Part shown: positions 60,027-64,000 of the stretch, piece by piece
Layout: each line of letters starts with the position of its first letter
Numbering within the stretch: the first letter of the stretch is position 1
Assembly: GCA_050294405.1 (NCBI GenBank)
Contig: JBNKOC010000028.1
Coordinates: 416,001 to 480,000 of the forward strand
Direction of reading: 5' to 3'
DNA from: Fibrobacteria bacterium
GTDB lineage: Bacteria; Fibrobacterota; Fibrobacteria; UBA11236; JADFYW01
Length of the DNA stretch: 64,000 bases
Made by a program: the position numbers and the translations under genes
Notes under the pieces: model-generated
What the model was told of the DNA's origin: nothing
The model's database searches: none
Seen by the model: the letters and a program-made list of their open reading frames with translations, nothing else

Positions 60027-61823
60027 ATGAAAGCAAAAAACACAATTACCATAATACTACCGTTGCTTCTTGTTTTAGCAAGTCAGCTATTTGCAACGGC
60101 CCCTAAAATGGCGCCACCCGCCATTAATATGGAATGGGAAAAAACAGATAACCCCGATGTACAAAATTTAAAAATCACAGTGGAACTGGAAGAAGAATGG
60201 CATATAAACCCATTCGAAACAGACGACCCCTTTAGCATACCCACCACTCTGGAACTGGAAGCTCCGGGCTTAACATTTGAAATTCCCAACTATCCCGAAA
60301 CGGTTAAAAAATATGTAAAAGTACTGGGCAAAGAATTGGCCATGTACGAGGGCCGTTTTGAAATAACAGCCATTGCCACAAAAGAAAATCCAAAGGCTAA
60401 ATTCGAATATGTTAAGGCTAATCTGGGCTATCAGGCCTGTAGCCAGGATGTATGTTTGCGGCCCGCTAATGTTATTGTAGAATTGGGCGAACTGAAGGCT
60501 AACAGCGATTTTCAAAACAGCGCTCAGAATAATCCCACTGCTTCCAAAAAACCCGTATCCATTCCCCTGGATTCCTCGGTATCCGCCGCAAGTTCGGCCA
60601 AAGGCGACGCCCCGGTTTTGGAAGGCTCTGTTTTTATTATGATTTTGATGTTATTGGGATGGGGGCTTATGATGAACCTCACTCCCTGCGTGTACCCCCT
60701 TATCGCTATCACTGTCAGTCTTTTTGGCGATCAGGGTAGCCGCAGCACTCAGGGGCGGTTTTTGGTGAGCTTGCTCTATGTGTTCGGCATATCCATTACC
60801 TTTTCAGTGTTGGGTGTAAGCGCGGCTTTGGGGGGGCAAATGTTCGGCTCCTCTTTGCAATCTCCAGCGGCTCAAATCGTTATTGCCGTGATATTCGTAC
60901 TGTTGGCCCTGTCGAGCTTTGGGCTTTACGATATTCGTTTGCCTGCCTCCTGGATGGGAAAAGCCACTCAGGCCAGCAACACCGGTGGATACATCGGCGG
61001 GTTTTTAGCGGGCATTTTTTCCGGGGTTTTAGCCTCTCCCTGTATAGGTCCTTTTATATTAGCACTTATTTTATATGTTGCCGAAAAGGGCAGCATGCTA
61101 ACGGGTTTTTGGGTGTTTGCTGTTTTTTCCCTGGGAATGGGTATCCCTTATATCATTTTGGGAACAGCTTCAGGGCTCACTCAAAAACTGCCCCGCTCTG
61201 GCAATTGGATGATAGATGCCAAAAAAATCATGGGCCTGGTGCTTTTGGGTTTGGCCCTTTATTATTGCCGGGGTTTTATTGATAGCAATTATTACCATAT
61301 CATGTATGGCGCTTTATTAATATACGGTGCCATGTATGTAAACCCCTTTACCGCCTTTTCTAACATTCCGTCCTGGCTGGGAGCGCTTATTCGAATGGGA
61401 GCCTTTATAGCCCTTTTATTGGGAACCCAAAGTTTTTTAAAAGGCATGGGCGTGGAATTTTCTTCTGGAAGCGTATCACATAGCGAGGCCACTGCCATTA
61501 ATTGGCTGCCTTATTCTGAATCTCTTTTAGCCGAGGCCAAAAACCAGAACAAAAAAGTGCTTATTGATTTTGAAAGCCAAATCTGGTGCGCCGCTTGCCG
61601 GGAAATGGAAGAAAAAACCTATTCCCAAGCCTCTGTTAGAAACAGTTTGTCCGAATACATCGCTTTAAAAGTGGATGTGGATAAACATCCTGACACAGAT
61701 GAACTCTTAAAAAAATACGACGTATATGGCATCCCCACTGCTATCATTTTAGGCGGAGATGGAATTGAATTGGACCGGGTTATCGGCTTTATGCCCCCCG
61801 GAGAATTTGTGGAAAAACTGTGA
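60027..61823 (+). CDS. dsbD: Thiol:disulfide interchange protein DsbD
   Basis: N-domain QACSQDVC; TM motifs TPCVYP and SPCIGP; thioredoxin WCAAC. Confidence 0.9.
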   Translation: MKAKNTITIILPLLLVLASQLFATAPKMAPPAINMEWEKTDNPDVQNLKITVELEEEWHINPFETDDPFSIPTTLELEAPGLTFEIPNYPETVKKYVKVLGKELAMYEGRFEITAIATKENPKAKFEYVKANLGYQACSQDVCLRPANVIVELGELKANSDFQNSAQNNPTASKKPVSIPLDSSVSAASSAKGDAPVLEGSVFIMILMLLGWGLMMNLTPCVYPLIAITVSLFGDQGSRSTQGRFLVSLLYVFGISITFSVLGVSAALGGQMFGSSLQSPAAQIVIAVIFVLLALSSFGLYDIRLPASWMGKATQASNTGGYIGGFLAGIFSGVLASPCIGPFILALILYVAEKGSMLTGFWVFAVFSLGMGIPYIILGTASGLTQKLPRSGNWMIDAKKIMGLVLLGLALYYCRGFIDSNYYHIMYGALLIYGAMYVNPFTAFSNIPSWLGALIRMGAFIALLLGTQSFLKGMGVEFSSGSVSHSEATAINWLPYSESLLAEAKNQNKKVLIDFESQIWCAACREMEEKTYSQASVRNSLSEYIALKVDVDKHPDTDELLKKYDVYGIPTAIILGGDGIELDRVIGFMPPGEFVEKL

Positions 61824-61840
61824 ATATAAAAGAATAATTT

Positions 61841-63154
61841 TTATTCTGGAAGTAATTCGGCTTCCAAATCAAACTCCAGTCCCTCGGTGATTTCCACCTG
61901 GCGGAAAGTGCCTGGAGTGGCCTGGGCGCCTTTGATATAAACAGTGTTGTCTATTTCCGGGGCGTCAAATTCTGTGCGGCCCACAAAATCAAATTCGGAA
62001 TCGTCCGAAATTTCTTCATCAATTAAAACTTTTAATTTTTTGCCTATTAAGTTTTGATTGTGGTCGAGGGAAATATCCTGTTGCAGGGCCATAACCCTAT
62101 CCAGCCTATCCTGTTTTATATCATCCTCAATTTTATTTTCCAGAGTTTCCGCATGGGTATTGTCTTCATCGGAATAGATGAATCCCCCCAAACGGTTAAA
62201 GCGGGTTTCTTCCATAAAGTCCAAAAGCTCTTCCACATCTTCTTCTTTTTCGCCAGGATACCCCACTAAAACTGTAGTTCTCAGGGATAAATTGGGAATG
62301 TGCTTTCGCATATTGGCGATGAGTTCGCGCAAAGATTTTTTGCTGTACCCCCTGCGCATGGATTTTAGCATATTATCGCTTACATGTTGAATGGGCATAT
62401 CCATGTAATTGCAAATCCTCTGCTGGCTCCCCATAAATTCCAAAAGGCCATCTGTTAAATAGGCTGGGTATCCATACATCAGCCTAAACCAGGGGACATC
62501 TGTTTCGCCAATTAAACTTTTTAAAAGTCCCTCCAGATTTTCTCCCGATTTATTTTCTCTTCCGTAAAAAGTGAGATCCTGGGCCACTAAAGAAACCTCC
62601 ATAATCCCCCTATTTTGCAGTTGCTGCACTTCTTTAACCACATCTGTTATGGAGCGGCTATTTTGCTTGCCTCGCATTAGGGGAATGGCGCAGAACCCAC
62701 AAATGCGATTGCAACCTTCGGCAATTTTTACATAAGCATGATGGGGTTTTTGATCCAAAAATATCCGGGTTTCTTCCACATACTGTGGAGTTGGTGTTTC
62801 GGGGAAAAGTTGTTTTAAATCCCTTGCGATTTCTTTGGGTTTATAAACTCCGTAAAAATGATCCACCTCGGGAATTTCTTTTTTCAGCTCTTCCAAATAG
62901 CGCTCGCTTAAACAACCAGCCACCACCACTTTTTGATTTTCGGTTTTTTGCCCCGTAACAGATAAAATTTCCTGGATGGATTCCTCTTTGGCCGCCTCAA
63001 TAAAACCGCAGGTATTTATTAGAACAATATCAGAATCTAAATTTTGGCTGGGTTCTATTCCCTGGTTATGGAAATCCCGCAAAATGTTTTCACTGTCCAC
63101 CTGATTTTTGGAACAGCCTAGATTAATAAGCCGTATGCTGGGATTTTTTCTCAT
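61841..63154 (-). CDS. rimO: Ribosomal protein S12 methylthiotransferase
   Basis: Motifs LGCSKNQVDSE, NTCGFIEAAKEESI, KIAEGCNRICGFC, DAPEID. Confidence 0.95.
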   Translation of the reverse strand: MRKNPSIRLINLGCSKNQVDSENILRDFHNQGIEPSQNLDSDIVLINTCGFIEAAKEESIQEILSVTGQKTENQKVVVAGCLSERYLEELKKEIPEVDHFYGVYKPKEIARDLKQLFPETPTPQYVEETRIFLDQKPHHAYVKIAEGCNRICGFCAIPLMRGKQNSRSITDVVKEVQQLQNRGIMEVSLVAQDLTFYGRENKSGENLEGLLKSLIGETDVPWFRLMYGYPAYLTDGLLEFMGSQQRICNYMDMPIQHVSDNMLKSMRRGYSKKSLRELIANMRKHIPNLSLRTTVLVGYPGEKEEDVEELLDFMEETRFNRLGGFIYSDEDNTHAETLENKIEDDIKQDRLDRVMALQQDISLDHNQNLIGKKLKVLIDEEISDDSEFDFVGRTEFDAPEIDNTVYIKGAQATPGTFRQVEITEGLEFDLEAELLPE

Positions 63155-63210
63155 AGGGAGAAAACTTAATAAAAATAGAGGGAAAAGGTCGAAAAGCGGG
63201 GTTTAAACCA

Positions 63211-64000
63211 TTACCATTCGTCGTCGTTAATGGCTGCAGAATCTCCCACAGTTTCCCAATCCGAATCTGGGCTGGGAGCAGGATCTTGGGCAGTTGGCTC
63301 TTCTGGAACCATTTCAGCCTGAGAGCTGGGAATGGGTTCTGGCTCAGGAACAGCCTGCGGTTCTTGGGCCATGGGCTCAGGTTCGGGAACAGGCTCTGGT
63401 TCTGGCGTATAAGCAGGTTCCGAGGTTGCGGCTGGCTCGGAATAGTCTGAGGAGTAGTCGCTGTAGGACTTACCCACATTGTCGTTTTTCTTCAAATCAA
63501 TCCAAAAATTGTAGTTATTAGGCAAAAGAGAATTTTCCCCAAATGCCTTGGCATCGGATAATCCTTTGAAATTTCCAATACGAACTCGGTAATAGGTACC
63601 TATTAAATCGGGAGTTGGATTTTCCACTTCAGCCACGTAGGCAGGATAGCCTTCGGATTCCAATTTTGATTTTAGCTTGTCAGCTCCATATTTGCTCTTA
63701 TAAATGGAAACCTGAACCACATAACGGCCGTTTTCGGAAAATTGGCCAGTGCTCGGAGGTGGAGTGTTTTTAGGAATAGTGCTGAATTTAACTTTGGAGT
63801 CCGCATCTTCTTCGGCGGCATCCATTTGCCCATCCATTGCGCCTGCTTCATCAGGAGATTGTAATTCAGGCTCTTCGAGAAGTTCCAAATCTTCTTCAGG
63901 CAGTAAATCCTCTTCCACCACAGGCGGTTCTTCCTTTTTTGAGCAATAAGTCAAAAAAGCAGAAGCCAAAAATGCCATTAACCCGATTTTTATAAATTTT
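63211..64000 (-). CDS. SPOR-domain lipoprotein with acidic and Pro/Glu-rich linkers; 5' end probably beyond the window
   Basis: Motifs YVVQVS, GYPAYV, YYRVRIGNF; lipobox-like LTYC; the frame is open to the window edge. Confidence 0.8.
   Translation of the reverse strand, partial: KFIKIGLMAFLASAFLTYCSKKEEPPVVEEDLLPEEDLELLEEPELQSPDEAGAMDGQMDAAEEDADSKVKFSTIPKNTPPPSTGQFSENGRYVVQVSIYKSKYGADKLKSKLESEGYPAYVAEVENPTPDLIGTYYRVRIGNFKGLSDAKAFGENSLLPNNYNFWIDLKKNDNVGKSYSDYSSDYSEPAATSEPAYTPEPEPVPEPEPMAQEPQAVPEPEPIPSSQAEMVPEEPTAQDPAPSPDSDWETVGDSAAINDDEW

Noticed and set aside
63240..63470. Short repeats (PEPEP, SDYSSDYS)
   Set aside because: Low-complexity protein linker, not a DNA repeat array.
1..64000. 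CRISPR arrays, tRNA/rRNA, transposases, prophage or defence genes; many short antisense ORFs in the track
   Set aside because: None were recognised by eye. The short ORFs are shadows of longer, well-supported genes.

Overview
This is AT-rich bacterial chromosomal DNA, most consistent with phylum Fibrobacterota. That is an inference from a TIGR02147-like N-terminus at the left edge and many secreted proteins with T9SS-type C-terminal domains. In order, the window holds: (1) a tandem array of six secreted CTD-bearing proteins (beta-propellers, a sorbosone/PQQ-type dehydrogenase, two paralogous unknown proteins, a probably damaged beta-helix protein); (2) a stand-alone rpsD, a DUF3857/transglutaminase-like lipoprotein pair, a PAP2 phosphatase, and lipA plus a nitrilase-family gene separated by a ~235-bp MITE-like insertion; (3) a divergent SelO/YdiU-like protein, cheX and ychF; (4) a cobalamin-riboswitch-controlled corrinoid uptake/remodelling operon (btuB, btuG-like, btuF, btuC, btuD, cobQ, pduO, cbiZ, cbiB, with a divergent cobC-like gene); (5) a six-gene signalling operon combining a beta-barrel/porin-like protein and a small periplasmic binding-like protein with a phosphorelay whose last kinase lacks its phospho-acceptor His; (6) a PLP decarboxylase, more secreted proteins, and housekeeping genes (mutS, scpB, scpA, glmS, glmM, dsbD, rimO, a SPOR protein). 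Two intergenic regions look like orphan small RNAs. I saw no CRISPR array, rRNA, tRNA, transposase or prophage. All calls come from reading motifs by eye; no searches were run.
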